Shown here: in pieces, positions 16,874-25,504 of the stretch
Layout: every line of letters starts with the position of its first letter
How positions within the stretch are numbered: the first letter of the stretch is position 1
Assembly (NCBI GenBank): GCA_945892985.1
Contig: CAMDDU010000015.1
Span: 9,017 to 73,016 of the forward strand
DNA length: 64,000 nucleotides
Source: Bordetella parapertussis
GTDB lineage: Bacteria > Pseudomonadota > Gammaproteobacteria > Burkholderiales > SG8-39
Reading direction: 5' to 3'
The notes under the pieces: generated by a model
What the model was told of the DNA's origin: nothing
Database searches by the model: none
What the model saw: the letters and a program-made list of their open reading frames with translations, nothing else
Translations under genes and position numbers: made by a program

Positions 16874-18859
16874 TCAGGGCATCACAATCCGCGCAGCGCC
16901 CTCACCCGCCATACCCAGCATCAGCGCATTCATGCGCTTCACAAAGCCGGCCGGATCCTCGAGCTGGCCGCCCTCGGCCAGCAAGGCCTGGTCGAACAGC
17001 AGCTTGGACCAGTCGGCAAAGTGCGCCTCCTCCTGTTTCAAGCGGCTGATCATGGCGTGATCGGGGTTGATTTCCAGGATAGGCTTCACGTCCGGTGCTT
17101 TCTGCCCCACCGACTTGAGGATACGTGCGAGGTTGCCACCCGGATCGTGTTCGTCGGCAACCAGGCAGCACGGCGAATCGGTCAGGCGGTGGGTGATACG
17201 CACCTCCTTGACGCGATCGCCCAAGGCCTCCTTGATCTTTTCGACCAGCCCCTTGTATTCGCCGGCCTGGGCTTCCCGGGCTTTTTTCTCCTCGTCGGCA
17301 AGGCCACCGAGGTCCAGTTCTCCACGCGCCACCGAGGCCAGCGGCTTGCCTTCGAATTCGTGCAGGTTGGACACCAACCACTCGTCCACGCGCTCGGACA
17401 AAAGCAACACTTCCACGCCTTTTTTGCGGAAGAACTCCAGGTGCGGGCTGTGCTGCGCGGCAAGGAAAGTCTCGGCGGTGACGTAGTAAATCTTGGTCTG
17501 CTCGGGCTTCATCCGCGACACATAATCGGCCAGGGACACGACCTGCTCTTCGCTGTCGGTATGCGTGGATGAAAAGCGCAGCAGCTTGGCAATACGGTCC
17601 TTGTTGGCGAAGTCCTCGCCGACACCTTCTTTCATCACGCGGCCGAACTCGCGCCAGAAGGTGGTGTATTTGTCTTTCTGGTTCTCCGCCAGTTCGTCCA
17701 GCAGGCCGAGCACGCGCTTGACGCAACCGGAGCGGATAGCCTCGATGTCGCGGCTTTGCTGCAGGATTTCGCGCGACACGTTGAGCGGCAGATCCGCCGA
17801 ATCGACCACGCCGCGCACAAATCGCATGTAGGCGGGCAACAGTTGCTCGGCATCGTCCATGATGAACACGCGCTTCACATACAGGCGAACACCGTGGCGC
17901 GACTGGCGGTCAAACAGGTCAAAGGGCGCCCGCGCCGGGATGTAGAGCAATTGCGTGTATTCCTGCCGGCCCTCGACGCGGTTGTGCGTGTAGGCGAGGG
18001 GGGGCTCGAAATCATGACCGATGTTTTTGTAGAACTCGTTGTACTGCTCTTCGGTGACATCGGACTTGGGCCGCGCCCACAGTGCGCTCGCCTGGTTGAC
18101 CGTCTCCAGCTCTGCCGCCGCGGTTGTCTCGGCGTTCTCGACAGCCTCTCCGGCCTTGGCCTCCGCCGGCTCCGCCGCCTTGGCCATCAGAATCGGAATG
18201 GCGATGTGGTCGGAGTATTTGCGCAGGATGGATTTGAGCTTCCAATCGTTGAGCAGCTCGTCCTCGCCCTCGCGCAGGTGCAGCATGACTTCGGTGCCGC
18301 GCGAGGCTTTCTCGGCTGGCTCCAGCGTGTACTGGCCGCTGCCCTCGCCCATGTTGCATTCCCAGCGCACGGCATCGGTGGCGCCGGCGCGGCGCGTCAG
18401 CACGGTCACTTTGTCGGCAATGATGAACGACGAATAAAAACCCACGCCAAACTGGCCGATCATGCGCGCGTCCTTGGCCTGGTCGCCGGTAAGTGAGGAC
18501 AGGAATTCGCGCGTGCCTGAGCGGGCAATGGTGCCTATATTGGCGATCACCTCCTCGCGCGACATGCCGATGCCGTTGTCGGCGATGGTGATGGTGCGCG
18601 CGGCCTTGTCGAAGGCGACATGAATCTTCAGGTCGGCCTCATCACCATAAAGGGCCGGGTTTTCAAGCGCTTCAAAGCGCAGCTTGTCGGCGGCGTCCGA
18701 GGCGTTGGAAATCAATTCGCGCATGAAAATCTCCTTGTTGCTGTACAAGGAATGAATCATCAATTGCAGCAGTTGTTTGACTTCGGCCTGGAAACCGAGG
18801 GTCTCCTTGGCCGATTCCGGTGCGGATCCCTTGGCTGCGGTGCTGGCGGTGTCACTCAT
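16874..18859 (-). CDS. htpG: molecular chaperone HtpG (Hsp90)
   Basis: Start at [44 protein letters not shown] is the canonical Hsp90 N-terminus. Confidence 0.95.
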   Translation of the reverse strand: MSDTASTAAKGSAPESAKETLGFQAEVKQLLQLMIHSLYSNKEIFMRELISNASDAADKLRFEALENPALYGDEADLKIHVAFDKAARTITIADNGIGMSREEVIANIGTIARSGTREFLSSLTGDQAKDARMIGQFGVGFYSSFIIADKVTVLTRRAGATDAVRWECNMGEGSGQYTLEPAEKASRGTEVMLHLREGEDELLNDWKLKSILRKYSDHIAIPILMAKAAEPAEAKAGEAVENAETTAAAELETVNQASALWARPKSDVTEEQYNEFYKNIGHDFEPPLAYTHNRVEGRQEYTQLLYIPARAPFDLFDRQSRHGVRLYVKRVFIMDDAEQLLPAYMRFVRGVVDSADLPLNVSREILQQSRDIEAIRSGCVKRVLGLLDELAENQKDKYTTFWREFGRVMKEGVGEDFANKDRIAKLLRFSSTHTDSEEQVVSLADYVSRMKPEQTKIYYVTAETFLAAQHSPHLEFFRKKGVEVLLLSERVDEWLVSNLHEFEGKPLASVARGELDLGGLADEEKKAREAQAGEYKGLVEKIKEALGDRVKEVRITHRLTDSPCCLVADEHDPGGNLARILKSVGQKAPDVKPILEINPDHAMISRLKQEEAHFADWSKLLFDQALLAEGGQLEDPAGFVKRMNALMLGMAGEGAARIVMP

Positions 18860-19002
18860 GCAAAACTCCCTAATTTCCTGTTGTTTCTGATGGACTGGAT
18901 GGACTATGTGAAGCAAATCAACTGAATGAACTGAATAAACTTGACGGCAAAGCGCCGGGCCGCTTGTTTAAGCCCGACCACGGATAGCGCCAGTCGCGCA
19001 TT

Positions 19003-19031
19003 ATATTGGGTCGGGCCATCCGCGATTCAAG
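19003..19031 (-). promoter_or_regulatory. candidate sigma-32 heat-shock promoter of htpG
   Basis: The minus strand reads CTTGAA-N14-ACCCAATAT, against the consensus CTTGAAA-N13-14-CCCCATNT. It lies about 140 nt upstream of the htpG ATG. Confidence 0.55.
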
Positions 19032-19127
19032 AGCCGCCGCCAGAGTCTTAGCCACCCTGCGCTACAATACGCAGCCAGCCGCAACGGGCTGTTTTCCCCG
19101 ATTTTTCCGTCAGCCACCAAACTCCGC

Positions 19128-19859
19128 TTGAAGCCAAGCTCGCAATTCGTCTCCGGTGCGAAAGCCACCATCATCGCCATGCCCGGCATCCTGTCCTGGG
19201 GGGTCATCAGCGGCGTGGCCATGGTCGGGGCGGGTCTGACGCCCTTCGCCGCCCTCGCCATGTCGGTGCTGGTTTATGCCGGCGCGAGCCAGCTCGCCGC
19301 GCTGCAACTGATCAGCGCCGGGGCACCGATCGCGCTGGCTTTGTTGGCCGGTTTTGTCATCAACCTGCGCTTCATGTTGTTCAGCCTGTCGCTGTCCTCC
19401 CACCTGCGCCACCTGCCCTGGTTAGGCCGTGCGCTGCACAGCTACGCCTTGTCTGACAACAGCTTTGCCGTTGCCATCAACGCCTTCCACAAGCACCCGA
19501 ATGACCCGCAGCGCCATCAGTACCTGGCCGGCTCCTCGAGCATGGTCTGGATCGCCTGGCAGGTGGGCACCGGCGCGGGCATCGTCCTTGGCGCCAGCGT
19601 GCCGGCAAGCTGGTCGCTCGAATTCACTATCATCCTGACCTTTATCGCGCTGGTGGTGCCGCACATCAAGGATCGCGCCAGCGTGGCCGCCGCCGCCACC
19701 GCCGGCATGGTCGCGCTGGCCACCGCCGGACTGCCCTTTCGCCTCGGCCTGATTGTGTCGGCCGTAGCCGCCATAGGTGCGGGCATGCTGGCCGAACGCG
19801 GCAAGGCCGCGGCCCAGGCAGTAGAAACCAGACACCAGACACCAGACTCTAGACTCTAG
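19128..19859 (+). CDS. azlC: AzlC-family branched-chain amino acid exporter subunit
   Basis: 243 aa, polytopic, with VYAGASQLAALQL typical of AzlC. The last ~10 codons and the stop lie inside a 7-bp tandem repeat. Confidence 0.85.
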   Translation: MKPSSQFVSGAKATIIAMPGILSWGVISGVAMVGAGLTPFAALAMSVLVYAGASQLAALQLISAGAPIALALLAGFVINLRFMLFSLSLSSHLRHLPWLGRALHSYALSDNSFAVAINAFHKHPNDPQRHQYLAGSSSMVWIAWQVGTGAGIVLGASVPASWSLEFTIILTFIALVVPHIKDRASVAAAATAGMVALATAGLPFRLGLIVSAVAAIGAGMLAERGKAAAQAVETRHQTPDSRL

Positions 19860-19875
19860 ACTCTAGACACCAGAC
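19827..19875. repeat. 7-bp tandem repeat, 7 units
   Basis: ACCAGAC x3, TCTAGAC x3, ACCAGAC x1. Contains the azlC stop and ends 1 nt before the azlD ATG. Confidence 0.95.
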
Positions 19876-19876
19876 A

Positions 19877-20203
19877 ATGGATACCCTGACCATCTGGCTG
19901 CTCATCGCCGGCCTCACACTGACCAGCTATTCGTCGCGCGCATCGTTTATCTCGCTGCTCTCGGGGTTTGTGCCGCCGGCGCCGCTGCAGCGCGCGCTGC
20001 GCTTTGTGCCGGTGGCGATTTTTGTCTCGCTGGTGGTGCCCGAACTGCTGCTCAACGCCGGCCACATCCAGCTGTCGCTGGCCAACGCCAAACTCTTCGC
20101 CGGACTCACCGCCATCACCGTGGCATGGCACACGCGCAACACCCTTCTCACGCTGCTGGCGGGCATGGCCGTGCTGCACCTTGTGCGCATGCTAAACAGT
20201 TAA
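19877..20203 (+). CDS. azlD: AzlD-family small membrane protein
   Basis: 108 aa, hydrophobic, immediately downstream of azlC. Confidence 0.8.
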   Translation: MDTLTIWLLIAGLTLTSYSSRASFISLLSGFVPPAPLQRALRFVPVAIFVSLVVPELLLNAGHIQLSLANAKLFAGLTAITVAWHTRNTLLTLLAGMAVLHLVRMLNS

Positions 20204-20374
20204 GATACTTACGACCGCAGGATCAAGCCGCCGAACTTCGGCACGCCGGTACGGTCTTAGTCCTGGATGCACCGAACCACCCCTTCTTTCCTCCTTCTTG
20301 CGCCCCCCCTGCTTACCCTCTCCTTTCCCCCTTTTTTTGTCAACGCAACAAGACACCACGACACCCGGAACGCC

Positions 20375-23146
20375 ATGAAACTTCGCCTGCCCTCCCTCCT
20401 TGCCATGCTGTCCTCGCTGGCCTGTTTTTCACTCGTCGGCACAGGCAACGCCCTCGCCCAGAGCGCCGGTCCGGTCAAATTCACAACGGTCGAAGGCATT
20501 TCCGAATACCGCCTCAATAACGGCCTGAAGGTGCTGCTGATGCCCGACGGCTCGCTCGACACCATCACCGTCAATGTCGTCTATCTCGTCGGTTCGCGCG
20601 ACGAGGGCTACGGCGAGTCGGGCATGGCCCACCTGCTGGAGCACCTGTTGTTCAAGGGCACCACCCGCCACCCGGACGTCAAGGCCGAGTTCACCGCCAA
20701 GGGCGCGCGCTGGAACGGCACGACATCGCTCGATCGCACCAATTACTACGAAACCTTCACCGCCACGCCGGCCAACCTCGACTGGGCGCTCGAAATCGAA
20801 GCGGACCGCATGATCAATTCGCGCGTCTCCCGTGCCGACCTTGACACCGAAATGACCGTGGTGCGCAACGAATTCGAGTCGGGCGAGAACAATCCCTTTG
20901 GCGTGCTCGGACAGCGCATGGCCGCCGCCGCCTTCATCTGGCACAGCTACGGCCGCTCCACCATAGGCGCGCGCTCGGACATCGAAAACGTGCCTATAGA
21001 ACGGCTGCAGGCGTTTTACCGGCATTACTACCAGCCGGACAACGCGGTGCTGGTCATCGCCGGCAAATTCGACGAAGCACAGACGCTGGCAATGGTGGCG
21101 CGCCACTTCGGCCCCATCCCCAAGCCGGCGCGCACGCTGCAAAAGACCTACACCGTGGAGCCGACGCAGGACGGCGAGCGCAGCGTCACGTTGCGCCGCG
21201 CCGGCGACGTGCAAATCGTCTCGGCGCTGTATCACATCGCCCCGGGCGCCAGCAGCGACTACGCCGCCATCGACCTGCTCACCGCCATCATCAGCAACGT
21301 GCCCGGTGGCCGCCTGCACAAGGCGCTGGTGGACGGCAAGCTCGCCACCTCCATCTGGGGCTATGAACGCCAGCAGCGCGAAGCCGGTTACGCCAGCTTT
21401 GGCGCCAGCCTGCGCCCGAACATGTCACTGGATGCCGCACGCGAGGCCATGCTCAAGGCGCTGGAGAACATCGCCACCGACCCGCTCACCGCCGACGAGC
21501 TCGAGCGCGCGCGCACGCGGCTGCTCAACGAAATTGAGAACATGCTCGCCAACACGCGCGCCTTGTCGACCTCCATCACCGAGTACATCGCCATCGGCGA
21601 CTGGCGCCTGCTGTTCCTGCACCGCGACCGCATCAAGCAGGTCAGACTGGCCGAAGTACAGGCGGCCGCCGCGCTTTACCTCAAGGCGAGCAACCGCACG
21701 CTGGGTGTGTTCATTCCGACGACAAAACCGGAGCGGGCGGAGATTCCCGCCGTACCCGACCTCACACTCGCGCTCAAAGACTACAAGGGCAACCCTGAGG
21801 TCGCCGCCGGCGACGCCTTTGACCCGACCCCGGCCAATATCGAGCAGCGTGTAATCCGCCGCACCCTGCCCGGCGGCATGAAGCTGGTGATGCTGCCCAA
21901 GAAAACCCGCGGCGGCACCGTCATCGCGGCGCTGGGCATCCGCTGGGGCGACGAGCGCAGCAAGGAAAACCGCGCCACCGCCTGCGGCATCGCCAGCGCC
22001 ATGCTGATGCGCGGCACACAAAAACACACGCGCGAGCAACTGCGCGACGCCTTCGACAAGCTGCGCGCGCAAGTGGGCATAGGCGGCGAAGGCGCATCCG
22101 TCGAGACGGTGCGCGCCAACCTGCCCGAGACCCTGAAACTGGTGGCCGAGGTGCTGCGCACCCCGTCCTTCCCGGAAAAAGAATTCGAACAACTGAAGCT
22201 CGCATCGCTGTCGGCGATCGAGACCCAGCGCAGCGAACCGGGTGCGCAGGCCGGCCTGCTGCTCGGCCGTCACATGTCGCCGTATCCGCCGTCGCACTGG
22301 TTTTACATCGCCACGCTGGACGAGCGCCTCGCGCGCATCAAGGCGCTCACGCTCGATGAGGTGAAAAAATGCTACGGCGATTTTTACGGCGCATCAGACA
22401 GCGAACTGTCCCTTGTCGGTGACTTCGATCCGGAAGAAATTGCCAAGCTGGCGCAACAGCTTTTCGGCGACTGGAAAAGCCCGCAGTCCTACACGCGCAT
22501 TCCCGGCCCTTACGTCGCCGTCCCGCCGATCGACCGCCTCATCGAGACCCCGGACAAGGCCAATGCGGTGCTGCGCGCCAGCATGAGCCTGAAGCTGCGC
22601 GACGATCATCCGGACTATGTCGCCCTCATCATCGGCAACTATCTTCTTGGCGGCTCGGCCGATTCGCGCCTGTGGCGGCGCATCCGCGAAAAAGAAGGCC
22701 TCTCCTACAGTGTCGGCTCCGCGCTTTCGGCCAGCGCCTTTGACGAGCGCGGCGAGTTCAGCGTATCGGCCATTTACGCGCCGCAAAACCGCTCACGCGT
22801 CGAATCTGCGACAAAGGAAGAACTCGAGCGCGCGCTGCGCGAGGGCTTTACCAAAGAGGAGGTCGAGAATGCCAAGTCCGGCTACCTGCAGGCGCGCCGC
22901 GGTGCCCGCGGCCAGGACGGCGCCCTCGCCGCCCGCCTGGCGAGCTACGCCGTGCTCAAGCGCACCATGCAATGGGATGCCGACTTCGACGCCAAGATCG
23001 CAGCACTCACGCCCGAGTCCATTCTTGCCGCGCTCAAACGCCACCTTGATTTCAGCCAACTGAGTTCAGTCAAGGCCGGCGACTTTGCCAAGCCAAGCGC
23101 TGCCGCACCGGCGACCAATCCGGGCAGCAGTGCTAAAGCGAAATAA
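20375..23146 (+). CDS. M16-family (pitrilysin/PqqL-like) zinc peptidase, double module
   Basis: Start at MKLRLPSLLAMLSSLACFSLVGTGNALA (signal peptide). HLLEH zinc motif. ~920 aa with two M16 active/inactive domain pairs. Confidence 0.9.
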   Translation: MKLRLPSLLAMLSSLACFSLVGTGNALAQSAGPVKFTTVEGISEYRLNNGLKVLLMPDGSLDTITVNVVYLVGSRDEGYGESGMAHLLEHLLFKGTTRHPDVKAEFTAKGARWNGTTSLDRTNYYETFTATPANLDWALEIEADRMINSRVSRADLDTEMTVVRNEFESGENNPFGVLGQRMAAAAFIWHSYGRSTIGARSDIENVPIERLQAFYRHYYQPDNAVLVIAGKFDEAQTLAMVARHFGPIPKPARTLQKTYTVEPTQDGERSVTLRRAGDVQIVSALYHIAPGASSDYAAIDLLTAIISNVPGGRLHKALVDGKLATSIWGYERQQREAGYASFGASLRPNMSLDAAREAMLKALENIATDPLTADELERARTRLLNEIENMLANTRALSTSITEYIAIGDWRLLFLHRDRIKQVRLAEVQAAAALYLKASNRTLGVFIPTTKPERAEIPAVPDLTLALKDYKGNPEVAAGDAFDPTPANIEQRVIRRTLPGGMKLVMLPKKTRGGTVIAALGIRWGDERSKENRATACGIASAMLMRGTQKHTREQLRDAFDKLRAQVGIGGEGASVETVRANLPETLKLVAEVLRTPSFPEKEFEQLKLASLSAIETQRSEPGAQAGLLLGRHMSPYPPSHWFYIATLDERLARIKALTLDEVKKCYGDFYGASDSELSLVGDFDPEEIAKLAQQLFGDWKSPQSYTRIPGPYVAVPPIDRLIETPDKANAVLRASMSLKLRDDHPDYVALIIGNYLLGGSADSRLWRRIREKEGLSYSVGSALSASAFDERGEFSVSAIYAPQNRSRVESATKEELERALREGFTKEEVENAKSGYLQARRGARGQDGALAARLASYAVLKRTMQWDADFDAKIAALTPESILAALKRHLDFSQLSSVKAGDFAKPSAAAPATNPGSSAKAK

Positions 23147-23322
23147 GCGCCTGCGCTTGAAATAAAAAACTGGGGACGCCCAATACAAGCAATCGCGAAG
23201 CAGGCGACATCCCCCTCTGCCGTAAAGGGCTGGCGCAGGATCAAGATACGCATAGAATCAGTCCTGCCGCCACGGCACTTAAAGCGTGGCGATGCGTGCT
23301 GATGCGCGGTAAGTCCTTGGTC

Positions 23323-23350
23323 AGTGCTTAGTGCTTAGTGCTTAGCGCGT
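23323..23350. repeat. 7-bp tandem repeat, 4 units
   Basis: AGTGCTT x3 then AGCGCGT, about 30 nt upstream of the TTG start at 23381. Confidence 0.85.
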
Positions 23351-23380
23351 AGCCGGCAAGTCGCAACAAGGAGAGCTATT

Positions 23381-24568
23381 TTGAGCAACACCCAGCCCCA
23401 GACATACGAAGTGCAGCCCGAGTGGGTCCATGTGCGTTTTTCCGAGGCCACGAGCTTCACCGAGGTCTATGGCTTTTCCGGCAACCAGGGCACGGTCAAC
23501 CTGGAGGGCGTGCGCTATATGCCCAAGGGGCGTCCATCAAAAACCCTGGCCGTGTACATGCACCCCTCCTCGACGCTGCAGCTATTGCCGATGCCGCGCG
23601 CGATGGCCGAGCACGGGGCGCATGTACTTTGCGCGGGCAGCCGCTACGCCAAGAACGACACACCCTTGATCATGGAAAAGGTCGTGCTTGACCTGGGCGC
23701 CTACATTCGTCACGCCAAAGAAGTATGGGGCTACGAGAAAGTGCTGCTGTGTGGCTGGTCTGGCGGCGGATCGCTATCGCTGTTTTACCAATCACAGGCC
23801 GAAAAGCCCACCATCACCGCCACGCCCGCTGGCGATGCCATCAACCTGGCCGCAGCCGGCCTGATTCCCGCCGACGCGATGATTTTTCAGGCCGCGCATC
23901 TGGCGCGCGCCATCACGCTCACTGACTGGCTAGACCCGTCGGTGCGCGATGAAAACGATCCGGACCGGCGCGACCCGGAACTCGACATCTACGACCCCCA
24001 AAACCCCAACCAGCCGCCATACTCAAGCGATTACATTACGCACTATCGCGCCGCGCAGCTCGCGCGCATGCGCCGGCGCACAGCCTGGGTAAAAGAAACG
24101 CTGGAGCGGCTGAAAAAACGCGGCGGTAACGAACTGGAGCGCGGCTTTGTCACCCATCGCACCATGGCCGACCTGCGCTTCCTCGACCCGGGCATAGACG
24201 CCAACGACCGCAAGCCGCGCTGGTGTTACCTCGGCAACCCGGAAACCGTCAACAGCGGCCCCGCCGGCCTCGGACGCTATTCGAGCTTGCGCGCCTGGCT
24301 GTCGCAATGGTCGCTGGAAGATTCACGCGCACTCGGGCCGCTCTGCGCGGCATCGGTCACGGTGCCCTTGCTGGCGATAGAGAACACCGCCGATGACGCC
24401 GTGCCGCAACCGGACACCGGCCTCATACATGCCGCCGCCGCTAGTCGCGATAAGACTTTCAGGGCCATCAAGGGGGCGACGCATTATTATCAGGGGCAAC
24501 CGGCGCAATTACAGCAGGCCCTGGCAAGCTGCCTCGACTGGATGGGCGAGCGAAATCTGCTCGATTAA
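23381..24568 (+). CDS. alpha/beta-fold hydrolase, function unknown
   Basis: 395 aa, TTG start after AAGGAG. Nucleophile-elbow-like GWSGGG. Confidence 0.65.
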   Translation: MSNTQPQTYEVQPEWVHVRFSEATSFTEVYGFSGNQGTVNLEGVRYMPKGRPSKTLAVYMHPSSTLQLLPMPRAMAEHGAHVLCAGSRYAKNDTPLIMEKVVLDLGAYIRHAKEVWGYEKVLLCGWSGGGSLSLFYQSQAEKPTITATPAGDAINLAAAGLIPADAMIFQAAHLARAITLTDWLDPSVRDENDPDRRDPELDIYDPQNPNQPPYSSDYITHYRAAQLARMRRRTAWVKETLERLKKRGGNELERGFVTHRTMADLRFLDPGIDANDRKPRWCYLGNPETVNSGPAGLGRYSSLRAWLSQWSLEDSRALGPLCAASVTVPLLAIENTADDAVPQPDTGLIHAAAASRDKTFRAIKGATHYYQGQPAQLQQALASCLDWMGERNLLD

Positions 24569-24678
24569 CCGGGAAAGCTGAGGGGCCGCGCCAGGCCCGC
24601 GCCTTCCCGCGCTTTGGACTAACATGGTCGTGACGACCCGCAAGCAATGCGGAGACGCCGCCCCAAACAGGAGGAACC

Positions 24679-25206
24679 ATGCCCATACAGTCGCTGCATC
24701 ACGCCGCCTATCGCTGCAAGGACGCGCAACAGACGGTGGATTTTTATACCAAGGTCCTCGACCTGAAATTCTCCATGGCCATGGCCGAGAACAACGTCCC
24801 CAGCACCGGCGAGTTCTCGCCTTACATGCATATTTTCTTCGAGATAGCCGACGGCAGTTGTGTGGCGTTTTTCGAGCTGCCCGAAGCCCTGCCCATGGAC
24901 CGCGACCGCAACACACCGGAGTGGGTGCAACACCTCGCCCTGCGCGTCGATGACGAGGCGCAGTTGCTCTTTTACAAGGCGCGTCTGGAAAAGGCCGGTT
25001 GCAGCGTCATCGGACCGACCGACCACACCATTTTTAAATCGATTTATTTCTTCGACCCCAGCGGCAACCGCCTCGAACTGACGTGCAATATCGACGCGCC
25101 GGTGGAACTGCGCAAACTCGCCGAGCTGAAGGATCCCATGCTCAAAGAGTGGAACACCACCAAACGTCCGCCCCAGCTGGCCGGCTTCGTGCACAAGAAA
25201 GCCTGA
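24679..25206 (+). CDS. VOC (glyoxalase/extradiol dioxygenase) family protein
   Basis: 175 aa. LHHAAYRCKD...HIFFE...HLALRV...YFFDPSGNRLEL pattern of paired beta-alpha-beta-beta-beta modules. Confidence 0.8.
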   Translation: MPIQSLHHAAYRCKDAQQTVDFYTKVLDLKFSMAMAENNVPSTGEFSPYMHIFFEIADGSCVAFFELPEALPMDRDRNTPEWVQHLALRVDDEAQLLFYKARLEKAGCSVIGPTDHTIFKSIYFFDPSGNRLELTCNIDAPVELRKLAELKDPMLKEWNTTKRPPQLAGFVHKKA

Positions 25207-25247
25207 TCCCGCACCCGCCGTCCGCCGGCTTCCTGCTGCTGGACAGA

Positions 25248-25391
25248 ATTACTCCGCAAGAAGGCGGGCTGCCGATTTTCGCCGGCAAGGAACTGGTCGG
25301 CGCGGTCGGCATCTCCGGCGCACCAGGCGGCGAAAAAGACACCGCCTGCGCACAGGCCGGCATAGACAAAATCGCCAAAGGCCTTAACTAG
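25248..25391 (+). pseudogene. 3' remnant of a GlcG/HbpS (DUF336) haem-binding-protein gene
   Basis: The frame reads ITPQEGGLPIFAGKELVGAVGISGAPGGEKDTACAQAGIDKIAKGLN*, matching the conserved GlcG C-terminus (GGLPI..G..vGAiGVSGa...D..cA.AG). No in-frame start follows the VOC stop, and about 90 N-terminal codons are missing. Confidence 0.5.
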
Positions 25392-25442
25392 AAACAAGAC
25401 CGGCTACAGCGCCGGCCACAAATCCGCGCCCGGGATTAAGAC

Positions 25443-25464
25443 GGGGGCGGGAGTTCCCGCCCCC
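25443..25464. terminator. GC hairpin between convergent genes
   Basis: GGGGGCGGG-AGTT-CCCGCCCCC followed by TTT. The T-tract is short. Confidence 0.5.
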
Positions 25465-25504
25465 TTTACTTTCGACTGTAAACTCTGGACCCTGGGTCCC
25501 GCAC

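Noticed and set aside
25083-25247. Treating the whole 102-aa ORF 25083..25391 as a gene.
   Set aside because: Its first half overlaps the VOC gene out of frame and has no homology. Only the 3' part resembles GlcG, so it is called a remnant.
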